Below, piece by piece: positions 40,366-49,465 of a stretch of DNA of 64,000 bases. The stretch's first letter is position 1; every line of letters starts with the position of its first letter. The stretch is from Nanobdellati archaeon (GTDB lineage: Archaea > EX4484-52 > GLR71): assembly GCA_019429005.1 (NCBI GenBank), contig JAHYJR010000003.1, forward strand, positions 64,001 through 128,000, written 5' to 3'. A program made the position numbers and the translations under genes. The notes under the pieces were generated by a model. That model saw only the letters and a program-made list of their open reading frames with translations, did no database searches and was not told the origin of the DNA.

Positions 40366-42165
40366 ATGTCAAATATGATATACATACCAGATACTAGTGT
40401 AATTATTGATGGAAAAATAACTGAACTAATAAAAAACAAAAAATTAAAAGGTACTATAATTATTCCAGAATTTGTAATCTGTGAACTTGAAAATCAAGCA
40501 AACCGTGGACGTGAAACTGGTTTTATTGGTCTTGACGAAATAAAAAATATTCGAGAATTAGCTAAAAAAAATAAAATAACAATTTCTGAACTTGGTCGAA
40601 AACCAACATCTGAAGAAATCAAACTTGCAAATACAGGCCGTATTGATGCACTTATTAGGGATATTGCAAAAAATGAAAAAGGCGAACTTCTTACATCAGA
40701 CATTGTACAAGCAAAAACTGCTGAAGCTCAAGGTATAAAAGTAACTTATTTTGAAAAAATAAAAATAAAAACAGAACATCTCAAAAAATACTTTGATAAA
40801 AACACTATGAGTGTACACCTTAAAGATGGTATGAGACCAAAAGCAAAAAAAGGTCTCCCTGGACAATTTAAACTAGTTGAAATTGGAAAAGAAATATTAA
40901 CAAAAGAACAACTTGAAGAGATTGCAATTGAGATACTTGAAGCACAAAGAACAAGCGATAAATCATTTATTGAAATAGCAAAACATAAAGTAACAGTAAT
41001 ACAACTTGGAAATTGTAGAATTGCAATCACAAGACCACCTTTTTCAGAAAAGATGGAAATAACAGCAGTAAGACCAATTGTAAATGTAAACCTTGATAGT
41101 TATAAAATACCAAAAAGACTTAAAGAACGTCTTGATACAAAATCAGAAGGCATAATTGTTGCAGGACCTCCAGGTCATGGGAAATCAACATTATCACAAG
41201 CACTTGCAAATTATTTTGACGAAAAGAAAATGATTGTAAAAACAATGGAACAACCAAGAGATTTACAATTAAATCCATCAATAACACAATATGGGCCACT
41301 TGAAGGTAGCATGGAAAAAACAGCAGACATACTTCTTCTTGTAAGACCTGATTTAACTATATATGACGAAATTAGAAAAACATCAGATTTTAAAATATTT
41401 GCAGATATGCGACTTGCAGGTGTCGGTATGATTGGTGTTATACACGCAACAAGACCAATTGATGCAATACATAGATTTCTCGGACGAACCGAACTTGGAC
41501 TTTTACCACAAATCATTGATACAATACTTTTTGTATATGAAGGTAAGATTTCTAAAGTTTACTCACTTAAGCTTATGATTAAAGTGCCAACAGGCATGGT
41601 TGAACAAGACCTTGCAAGACCTGTCATAGAGGTTACAGATTTTGAAACAGGTACCTTAGAGTATGAGATTTACACCTATGGTGAACAAACAATCGCAATA
41701 GCTATAGAAGGCGAAGCAACTTCAAAAATACAAAAACTCGCAGAAGAGCAGATTAAAAAAGTTGTAGGTCAATTTTCAAAAGATATAAAAATCACAATCG
41801 TATCAGATGATCGTGTTGTACTAAATATACCAGATAGAGATATTGCGTCATTTATAGGTACAAAAGGTAAAAATATTTCAAAAATAGAAGAAAAACTAGG
41901 AATACATATTAGCGTAGAACCAATTATAGACACACTCAAAAGAACCGTATCCTATGCTATTACAGAATCTGGAGGATATCTCAATATGCAAATTACAGAC
42001 ACATTAAAAATAAATGAAAAATTTGCAGACATCTACAAAGATAAAGAATTTCTTTTTAATGCTACAATAGGTAAAAAAGATATAATTAAAATAAAAAAAA
42101 TCTCTGAAATTGGACAAAAAGTGCTTCAAGCATTCACACTTAAAAATTTGAGAGTTCTTGTATAA
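40366..42165 (+). CDS. pinA: PIN-domain ATPase with KH domains (PINA)
   Basis: PDTSVIIDG, ELENQAN, GPPGHGKST, RPD..YDE.R, KH motif IG.KG. Confidence 0.93.
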   Translation: MSNMIYIPDTSVIIDGKITELIKNKKLKGTIIIPEFVICELENQANRGRETGFIGLDEIKNIRELAKKNKITISELGRKPTSEEIKLANTGRIDALIRDIAKNEKGELLTSDIVQAKTAEAQGIKVTYFEKIKIKTEHLKKYFDKNTMSVHLKDGMRPKAKKGLPGQFKLVEIGKEILTKEQLEEIAIEILEAQRTSDKSFIEIAKHKVTVIQLGNCRIAITRPPFSEKMEITAVRPIVNVNLDSYKIPKRLKERLDTKSEGIIVAGPPGHGKSTLSQALANYFDEKKMIVKTMEQPRDLQLNPSITQYGPLEGSMEKTADILLLVRPDLTIYDEIRKTSDFKIFADMRLAGVGMIGVIHATRPIDAIHRFLGRTELGLLPQIIDTILFVYEGKISKVYSLKLMIKVPTGMVEQDLARPVIEVTDFETGTLEYEIYTYGEQTIAIAIEGEATSKIQKLAEEQIKKVVGQFSKDIKITIVSDDRVVLNIPDRDIASFIGTKGKNISKIEEKLGIHISVEPIIDTLKRTVSYAITESGGYLNMQITDTLKINEKFADIYKDKEFLFNATIGKKDIIKIKKISEIGQKVLQAFTLKNLRVLV

Positions 42166-42296
42166 AATTAATACATAACCACACACAAAAGATAAAGGTA
42201 CCGTAATTCACATCTTTAAGTGGTAAGGCGTATATAATTACAAAAAAATACATACTAATTCTATAACAGCAATATAACTCAAAAAAGGAGATAGCT

Positions 42297-42527
42297 ATGG
42301 TAGAATTTATAACAATAAAACAAAAAGAGATGAAATTTGGGACCAACAACTTTGTTGAAGTCGCAAACAAGAAAGCAGTGACAAGTGACGGTGAAAAGCC
42401 ATTCATATCAATAACAAGAGGCTATTACACAGAAGACAAACAAAAAAAATTCACAAAAGCAATATCACTACCACTAGAAGAAACTTTAATAAATGAAGTA
42501 ATTGACGCAATTGGAAAAGTTATTTAA
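42297..42527 (+). CDS. Small PC4-like putative nucleic-acid-binding protein, paralog 1
   Basis: KFG.NNF.E.A.KKA...FISI.RG, similar to 44868-45122. AGGAG SD. Confidence 0.7.
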   Translation: MVEFITIKQKEMKFGTNNFVEVANKKAVTSDGEKPFISITRGYYTEDKQKKFTKAISLPLEETLINEVIDAIGKVI

Positions 42528-42550
42528 GCGATTCATTTCGCTTATTTTTT
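42526..42550 (+). terminator. Hairpin plus T tract
   Basis: AAGCGA-TTCATT-TCGCTT-ATTTTTT. Confidence 0.6.
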
Positions 42551-42559
42551 ATTTTTTTA

Positions 42560-43339
42560 TTATGGCACAAGCTCAAGTCTTAATTTGCCATCTTTAAACT
42601 CTTTCTTTTCAAGACGCCACTCTTCTGGAATTTGTATTATTTTAAAATATAATTTATCTTGAGTCAATGCACGAATTTCAATAGATTCTTTAAACCGCTT
42701 AATCTCAATATCAGATACAGACTTAACATCTGGTAAATTTGTCTCAATAATAATTTCGGTAGGAAGTCGTTTTATATTTATTTCAGGTTCTTCAGTTTTT
42801 GTTGGTATTTTTTTTAGATTAGACAGATCCTCTTTTAGTTCAGAATCTTTTCGGATAGAAAAATCACTTTTAGGAACACGAATACCAAATTGATTTGCAA
42901 TTTCTTTCTCAAGATGAGCTTTATCAACATCGCCAATAGTCCGTATATTCACTATAGGTTTCATACCTGAACCTGTTTTTATACTGATGCTAAAACCGGA
43001 TTTCTTTATATTGGGCTTAGCACTCATATTAAAAGGTGTTATATTAAAGAATTCAATATCTCTGTCTCTATTTTTAATATCTTTCTCAAATTGTTTCTTA
43101 ATAAAACCCATATCCTTATTTAGACTTTCAAAAATATTGTTAATAGAAAAATCACCGCTTATATGCAAAGGTTTGCCAGAAGGCAAAGGTTTATCAGATT
43201 GCATAGGTTTATCAGAATGTATAGATTTACCAGATTGCATAGGTTTATCAAACTGTATAGGTTTTAATAACTTAAATCCGCACTTGGAACAAAATTCCCA
43301 AGTTTCGTCAACCTTATTTCCACATTTAGGACAATACAT
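42560..43339 (-). CDS. Zn-ribbon plus Hsp20-like domain protein
   Basis: CPKCG...W.FCSKCG, then EPE...LPDV...SIEIRA...YFKI...F.DG.L. Confidence 0.8.
   Translation of the reverse strand: MYCPKCGNKVDETWEFCSKCGFKLLKPIQFDKPMQSGKSIHSDKPMQSDKPLPSGKPLHISGDFSINNIFESLNKDMGFIKKQFEKDIKNRDRDIEFFNITPFNMSAKPNIKKSGFSISIKTGSGMKPIVNIRTIGDVDKAHLEKEIANQFGIRVPKSDFSIRKDSELKEDLSNLKKIPTKTEEPEINIKRLPTEIIIETNLPDVKSVSDIEIKRFKESIEIRALTQDKLYFKIIQIPEEWRLEKKEFKDGKLRLELVP
43157..43264 (-). repeat. In-frame 18-bp repeat, 6 copies (KPxxSD/G)
   Basis: KPIQFD KPMQSG KSIHSD KPMQSD KPLPSG KPLHIS. Confidence 0.85.
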
Positions 43340-43524
43340 AGATACCAAAGATATATAGTTTCCAATATTTTTTATAATTTTCTATTAATTAAAAAATAAT
43401 AACTCCTTATAATCCTAAAAAAGATTTAAAAATTAATAACAACAAATTAACAATATAATATCAACATTAACATAATAACTCTCGTCGACAATATAGGATT
43501 TAACAGACATTATTAATTATATAT

Positions 43525-43637
43525 CTAAAAACAACAAAAAAAACTAAAAACAACAAAAAAAACTAAAAACAACAAAAAAAACTAAAAACAACAAAAAAAA
43601 CTAAAAACAACAAAAAAAACTAAAAACAACAAAAAAA
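43525..43637. repeat. 19-bp tandem repeat, 6 copies (CTAAAAACAACAAAAAAAA)
   Basis: Units at 43525, 43544, 43563, 43582, 43601 and 43620. Confidence 0.95.
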
Positions 43638-43667
43638 TATAAAATATAAGATTATTAAGATGATTAC

Positions 43668-44780
43668 ATGGTTATCCAAAATATTAAAAATAATGTTATA
43701 GACAACATAAACAAATATCTAAAAATAATGTCAGATATAGAAAAAAAACAAATAAAAGATAGAATAACAAAAATAAATTCAAAATATAAAACAATAATAA
43801 GCCTTAAAAACTCTGAAAAAACAAAAAAAGACATCGACACAACCTTTTTCAGTTTTGAAGACCTACCACCCACTGGAAAAGAATATTGGTTTCTTAAATT
43901 CGTATCAACTAAAAAAGACGATAACAGACAACTTATCTTAATGTTTGGCGAAGGTGCTGAAACAATAAAAATAAATAAACAGCAAATAGATCAAAATACA
44001 AATCAAGATAACAAACAAGATAAAAATGGATATATGACCGTTTGGTATTATGATTCAAATAAAAAATTAATATTTGACGAAAAATGTACAATATCAATAG
44101 ACAAAAATAACATAAAAACCACAAACAAACAAAACCATATCAATTATAATGGTAAATTTCCAAAATATTCACTTGATATAACAAAAAATAACAAAACAAT
44201 ATGTAACCTTAAAATAAAAATACCTGAAAAAACAACAAATTCTTTTGAATTTTATCATAACTTCAAATCCCTCCTTGGTTTTGCATTAATTAATATATAC
44301 CTCGATTTTGATGGAACACTTAATGGTAAAAATTTTAAAGGTAAAGCATATATCCAAAAAGTAATTGTTATAGGTCCATTTATACCTTGGAGATGGGGTC
44401 GAATTGTATTTTCAAACGGGTCCATATTAACATATTATGTACCAACAATAGATATAATGAAACTCAGTTACAAACTAGATTCAATTCTTGAATTTTATGA
44501 TAACACTACAAACAAAAAATATAGTTATCAAGATATAAAAATCAAAAAAATTGGACATATCAACCCACGATGGATTATTACAGCAGATAATGATAATTTT
44601 TTTGTATCTATAAAAACATATTCATCCCATAAATTTGGATTTAAAAAAATAGGATCTTTCACTTACATAGAATATTTAAGCAAAGTGACTGACATATTTA
44701 TAGAAAATTCAAAAATAGATACAACAAAATTAGGTTCTGGTTTGGGATTAACCGAAGATGCAACAGGTTATATTTTATAA
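43668..44780 (+). CDS. Hypothetical protein, possibly tocopherol cyclase/CrtC-like beta fold
   Basis: EYWF motif, G.L.G..F.G.AY.QKV, W.WGR..F.NG. Confidence 0.55.
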   Translation: MVIQNIKNNVIDNINKYLKIMSDIEKKQIKDRITKINSKYKTIISLKNSEKTKKDIDTTFFSFEDLPPTGKEYWFLKFVSTKKDDNRQLILMFGEGAETIKINKQQIDQNTNQDNKQDKNGYMTVWYYDSNKKLIFDEKCTISIDKNNIKTTNKQNHINYNGKFPKYSLDITKNNKTICNLKIKIPEKTTNSFEFYHNFKSLLGFALINIYLDFDGTLNGKNFKGKAYIQKVIVIGPFIPWRWGRIVFSNGSILTYYVPTIDIMKLSYKLDSILEFYDNTTNKKYSYQDIKIKKIGHINPRWIITADNDNFFVSIKTYSSHKFGFKKIGSFTYIEYLSKVTDIFIENSKIDTTKLGSGLGLTEDATGYIL

Positions 44781-44821
44781 AAATAAGTGAAAACAAGACT
44801 AAAAATCAAAAATAAATATAA

Positions 44822-44847
44822 TGTCTACCAAAAATAATGGTAGAACA
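44822..44847 (-). terminator. Hairpin downstream of PC4-like paralog 2
   Basis: CTACCA...TGGTAG stem between convergent genes. Confidence 0.45.
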
Positions 44848-44867
44848 TAAAACCAACAAAAAATAAT

Positions 44868-45122
44868 TTATTTTGTCTTTAAAACATCAAGAAGTGCTTT
44901 TGATATTGCTTCAATTACTTCTTTATCACTAGGCATAGCAACAGATTTCTTAAATCGTGGTTCTTCTTCTTCTTTTGTGAAGAAACCTCTTGAAATGGAG
45001 ATAAATGTATTCTCTTCACCATCTTCAGGTATCGCTTTTTTCTTAGCAATTTCAATAAAGTTGTTTTCACCAAACTTAACTTCAATAGATTTTATTGTTT
45101 CAAATGTTACGTTTCCAGACAT
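44868..45122 (-). CDS. Small PC4-like putative nucleic-acid-binding protein, paralog 2
   Basis: FETIKS.EVKFGENNFIEIAKKKA...FISISRGF...RFKKS. GGGTGA SD. Confidence 0.75.
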   Translation of the reverse strand: MSGNVTFETIKSIEVKFGENNFIEIAKKKAIPEDGEENTFISISRGFFTKEEEEPRFKKSVAMPSDKEVIEAISKALLDVLKTK

Positions 45123-45346
45123 TTATTTCACCCAAATCAAAGATTATTGATTCAAATATAATAACACACATATTTTTATATATCTTTTGTTAACAAAAAA
45201 GGACTGCTAGACCTATAAAAACGACAAATACCGACATAATCGTGCAACCTTAAAAAAGTTTTATAAAACAGCATCAACTCAATAGAATTATATTCTATTT
45301 GTATCTTAAATAAAACAAAAATAACTAAAAAACAGAAATAACCATT

Positions 45347-46243
45347 ATGTATAACAAAAAAAGAACCAATTCTAATTAAAGCACCTTACACAGATAAAAG
45401 AACCATAAATAATAAGATATGGCAAAATAACAAATGTGAATGCACATTAAGAGATGGTTCAGACGCCTTATTGAACAATATAAACCCACAATATAATATA
45501 ACTACAATAAATATCCCCAATTATATTAAAAGCGAACTTAATGTTCAAAATTACGAAAGATTTGAACAATTCTATTCAGACAAATACAAAAACGACAAAA
45601 TCCCAATAACAATCGGTGGTGTACATGGAATTAGTGTTCCTGCAACAATTGCACTTTCAAAAACAAATAAAAAAGAATCAACAATAAAAGACTAAACAGA
45701 GATCTTGATGCCCTAGGATATAAACAAGATAATATATCACCATGGAATTGAACAAAACCTTGGCTTGATAAATTTGAATTTTATATGATAATAGATTCAG
45801 TACCAAAAATAGATGCAATGCATATCAGAAGTTATTATGATGAAAAAAATAACAATAACAACCTATTTACACGAAGTCTTGAAGAAGAAATAAGTAGAAC
45901 AATAACAGCAATTAAAACCGATAAAAATATTGAATTTATAACAAAACAAAACATACCCAATATTTTAGATAAAACAAAAGAATTTTGCAACAAATTAAAT
46001 AAAAAACCATTATATTTATCAATAGATGTTGACGTTTTCAAAGAGGTTAATGCAAGTAAAATAGGTTTAACGTCATTAACTTATGGAACTATTGATGTAA
46101 ACCATTTTGAAACAATATTTGACACAATATTACAAAACGCAAATATATGTGGTATCGATATAACAGAAGTAAATACACTAGACCCTAAATCTATTGATTG
46201 TGGAAATATCGTTTTATCCACAATACTTGAAAAATTAACATAA
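45347..46243 (+). pseudogene. Arginase/agmatinase-family pseudogene
   Basis: PITIGGVHGIS, LYLSIDVDVF and GIDITEVN in broken frames. The DxHxD motif is missing. Confidence 0.75.
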
Positions 46244-46263
46244 AAACTAAAAAATATAAAAAA

Positions 46264-46321
46264 GTTATCAGCCCGCCCATCAATCATCATATATCAGTAT
46301 CAAATAAGCTCATCATCTAAC
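46264..46321 (-). ncRNA. Box C/D sRNA; D guide predicts 2'-O-methylation of 16S rRNA C1402 (E. coli numbering)
   Basis: GTTAG-ATGATGA-GCTTATTTGATA-CTGA-TAT-ATGATGA-TTGATGGGCGGG-CTGA-TAAC: four perfect boxes, two 12-nt guides and a terminal stem. Confidence 0.92.
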
Positions 46322-46476
46322 TAAATTATTATTAGTAAGTTATCTTTAAAAAAACCATATTATATTTATAAAAATCAAAATAAACGTCAAAACACGTATA
46401 AAACGACATTTGACGAACGAAACTTTATATCGTAACGAATTAAAATATAGATACAAGTAACTAACAAGGTAATTAA

Positions 46477-47226
46477 ATGAATAAAAAAGGACTTTTTATA
46501 ACAGATCTTGATATGTCTGCAATAAACATGCATTCTGTACTTAAACTTGCAATAGATACAATAGACTATTTCAAAAAAACAGATGACCCTAGATATGAAT
46601 ATGCAAAAGAGACATATAAACAAATAATGCACTCAGATAAAAAAAGACAAGAAACAGGTGAAATAGATACAATCCTACATAATGGTAAAAGAATGAAAAT
46701 ACTTACAGAGAACATAATAGGATTACCTGCAACATATCTTGATGCAATAAAAAAACAAGTAAATAACACAATCATGCCAGGTTTTGATAATGCAATCAAT
46801 CATGCAAATAGTAAAGGATTAAAATCACATATTATCACAATGAGTTTTGATTACTTTATTTCTGACATTGCAGACAAATGGTCTTCAAATTATTATGCAA
46901 ATAAAATCAAACTCGATGAAACGCACCAAAATATAGAAAGCACAAATATTTTAGTTCAAGATGGGATATCTAAAGCAAATATAATCGACACACTTATACA
47001 AAATTATACAGATGAAACGGGAGAACTACCAGACATACACATCCATGGTGATGGTGAAAGTGATATGGATATGTTTAGAAAAGCTATAAAACTTAAAGAA
47101 TTAGGAAAAATAGAACAATTATTCATATATGTGCCTATAAATGGAACAAAAGAAGCACTAGATATTGCAACAAACCCATATACCATAGGTGATATAGACA
47201 CACACCTTATAAATAATACAAAATAA
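46477..47226 (+). CDS. HAD-superfamily hydrolase (phosphoserine phosphatase-like)
   Basis: TDLD, PG, IIT, K, GDGESDMDM. Confidence 0.75.
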   Translation: MNKKGLFITDLDMSAINMHSVLKLAIDTIDYFKKTDDPRYEYAKETYKQIMHSDKKRQETGEIDTILHNGKRMKILTENIIGLPATYLDAIKKQVNNTIMPGFDNAINHANSKGLKSHIITMSFDYFISDIADKWSSNYYANKIKLDETHQNIESTNILVQDGISKANIIDTLIQNYTDETGELPDIHIHGDGESDMDMFRKAIKLKELGKIEQLFIYVPINGTKEALDIATNPYTIGDIDTHLINNTK

Positions 47227-47263
47227 TTTAAAAAATATGATTAATAACAATTAAAAAAACAGC

Positions 47264-47283
47264 TTTGTGTCAATTGACACAAA
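47264..47283. terminator. Perfect 20-bp palindrome between convergent genes
   Basis: TTTGTGTCAATTGACACAAA. Confidence 0.5.
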
Positions 47284-47346
47284 ATTAAAAATTAATTCTA
47301 AAAAACTGAAAAAGAATCAAACAAAATCATAAAATATAAATCAATT

Positions 47347-47889
47347 TTAATCTTCTGGTATAATAGTACTTTTGCCTTTAGCTTGAGGTATAACACGTAT
47401 ATTTGCACCACTAAATTCTTTCTCAAGCTGCTTACCTGAAAATATACGATCTAAAGTTAATGCAAGCGCACTCACTTCTGAATGCGGTGAATTACCAACA
47501 GCAACATTAAAATCTGCAAGATCATACATCTCACCAGGAACTTTTTGTGAACCTATTACTATTAACATACTACCTTTTAACTTAATACTATCTTTAATTT
47601 TATCAATCACAGTCGGTAAATTAAGCCCATACATAGTTAAGTGAACAATCACTGAAGTATCAATATATGGTTTTATTGCTTTTTTCCAGTTTTTAATATA
47701 TTCTACAGTAAAATCACCACCCCAACGAGAAGATGTTTTCTTAAGACTTTCAATAGTATTATCTTCCCTATCTCCTGTAATAATTATTTTAGATGCACCA
47801 AAAGACCGTGCAACAAGACCACAATGTGTAGTAATTCGTGAATCTCTACCAATCCTATGTCCAAGACGCAAAACTGTTATATCAACCAT
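47347..47889 (-). CDS. trm56: tRNA (cytidine56)-2'-O-methyltransferase
   Basis: LRLGHR..RD.RITTH, VHLTMYG, G..KVP, PHSEVSAL. Confidence 0.96.
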   Translation of the reverse strand: MVDITVLRLGHRIGRDSRITTHCGLVARSFGASKIIITGDREDNTIESLKKTSSRWGGDFTVEYIKNWKKAIKPYIDTSVIVHLTMYGLNLPTVIDKIKDSIKLKGSMLIVIGSQKVPGEMYDLADFNVAVGNSPHSEVSALALTLDRIFSGKQLEKEFSGANIRVIPQAKGKSTIIPED

Positions 47890-47902
47890 ATTTATCAAAT
47901 AT

Positions 47903-47987
47903 TATAGTATATCCAAAATTATATTATATCGATTATTATATTATATCCAAAATGATATTATATCTAAACTCATATTATATACAAAAC
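47903..47987. repeat. Degenerate 17-bp tandem repeat, 5 copies, over the trm56 promoter
   Basis: TATATTATATCCAAAAT-like units at 47903, 47920, 47937, 47954 and 47971. Confidence 0.75.
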
Positions 47988-48071
47988 TTTAAGTTTATGT
48001 GTATATTTACATCAAAAATACAATCTACAATAAAAACAAGACACACCAACAATAATTTAAAGATTCCGTAA

Positions 48072-48343
48072 TACTTCAGTGAAGTAAAGTTCACTGAACA
48101 ATTAATACATAACTTAATAAATTAATAATAAAACGCCATTATTTTTATAAAAATCAAATAAAGATCAAATAACAAACTATAAATTAAAAAAAATAAAATA
48201 AAAAAGATTTAAACATATTCAAAAAATCTTGAAAATTATTTTTTATAAAAATATAACAAAATAAGTAACAAAAATAAAAAAAGTAAACATAAAAACAGAC
48301 ACCCTTTCAAATAAATACAGTTCAGTCTTAATTCACTGAAGTA
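48072..48343. repeat. Inverted TACTTCAGTGAA elements flanking an AT-rich tract
   Basis: TACTTCAGTGAAGTA (48072), GTTCACTGAAC (48089), TTCACTGAAGTA (48332). Confidence 0.7.
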
Positions 48344-48486
48344 TATATAACCCAAACAACACAAATTAATACAAAATCAAAAACAAAATATAAAACAACA
48401 AAAGGGATAATACAACATATAAAATCGATAACAATCAAATAAGTATCTATTTATAGATATACTCTACAACCCATAAAAATTCAAGA

Positions 48487-49413
48487 TTATTTACGTTCAA
48501 GAAGAACAACACGACTTGCTTCACTTTCATTAGTAACTGAATAATTTAATAATTTTGCAAGTTTTTCTGCAAAATGTAAAACTTCACTATGAACAGGCAT
48601 AGCATCATAATCTAAACGATGCTTAGAAAAACCAACCCACATATAGGCTTTAACCTCAACAAACTTTGGATTTACCTTCAATATCAATTTCACATAATTC
48701 TCAAAATCATCCATATTGAGTCCTTTTACAAGAGTAAGTCTAACTGCTTTTTTACCTTTGAATTTACTAAGAGTATTAATAGTCTTTTCAAACCGAGACC
48801 AATAATCCTTAAACATAGGAACACAGGTTTTTTTATACAGCTCTTTTGTTGGTGCATCAATAGATAAATAAAATTGAGTCGGCCCACCCATATCACAGAT
48901 TTTTTGAACAGTATCAGGAAATTGTCCATTTGTTACAAGAAATGTCGTAAACCCTCGCTTATTACAAACATCAATAAGACCCGCAATCTTAGGATATGCT
49001 GTAGGTTCCCCAGTTAATGATATTGCAACATTTATAGGATCTTGTGCTTCTTCCCATTTAACCATATCAGTACCACTAAAACCCTTAAACCCCGTTATAA
49101 GAGACCTCTGCATACGAATTGCACCATCAAGTATTTCTTCAGGATCATCAGAATCAGAACCCAATTCAGAAGCTTCAGTTTTATCAGTAGAACGCCAACA
49201 AAACACACATTTATTTGGGCACCAGGCCACAGCAGGTGTCATTTGCAAACAACGATGACTTTTGATACCATAAAATTTTTCTTTATAACAAACACTGTCA
49301 CCACGAAGACTTTTCTTTAACCAAGTACATAACTTTACAGCCGAATGATTACCTACAATACGATATTGCTGTTTTTCAAGAAGTAATTTATAATTATCAT
49401 CAAGTTTTACCAT
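48487..49413 (-). CDS. taw1: 4-demethylwyosine synthase (radical SAM)
   Basis: HSAVKLC.W, CYK..FYGI.SHRC, CPNKCVFCWR, ISLTGEPT, EVKAYM. Confidence 0.96.
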   Translation of the reverse strand: MVKLDDNYKLLLEKQQYRIVGNHSAVKLCTWLKKSLRGDSVCYKEKFYGIKSHRCLQMTPAVAWCPNKCVFCWRSTDKTEASELGSDSDDPEEILDGAIRMQRSLITGFKGFSGTDMVKWEEAQDPINVAISLTGEPTAYPKIAGLIDVCNKRGFTTFLVTNGQFPDTVQKICDMGGPTQFYLSIDAPTKELYKKTCVPMFKDYWSRFEKTINTLSKFKGKKAVRLTLVKGLNMDDFENYVKLILKVNPKFVEVKAYMWVGFSKHRLDYDAMPVHSEVLHFAEKLAKLLNYSVTNESEASRVVLLERK

Positions 49414-49465
49414 AATAACTATTAGAATAAACAAATTTTATTAAATAATAAGTCTAAAAAAACAT

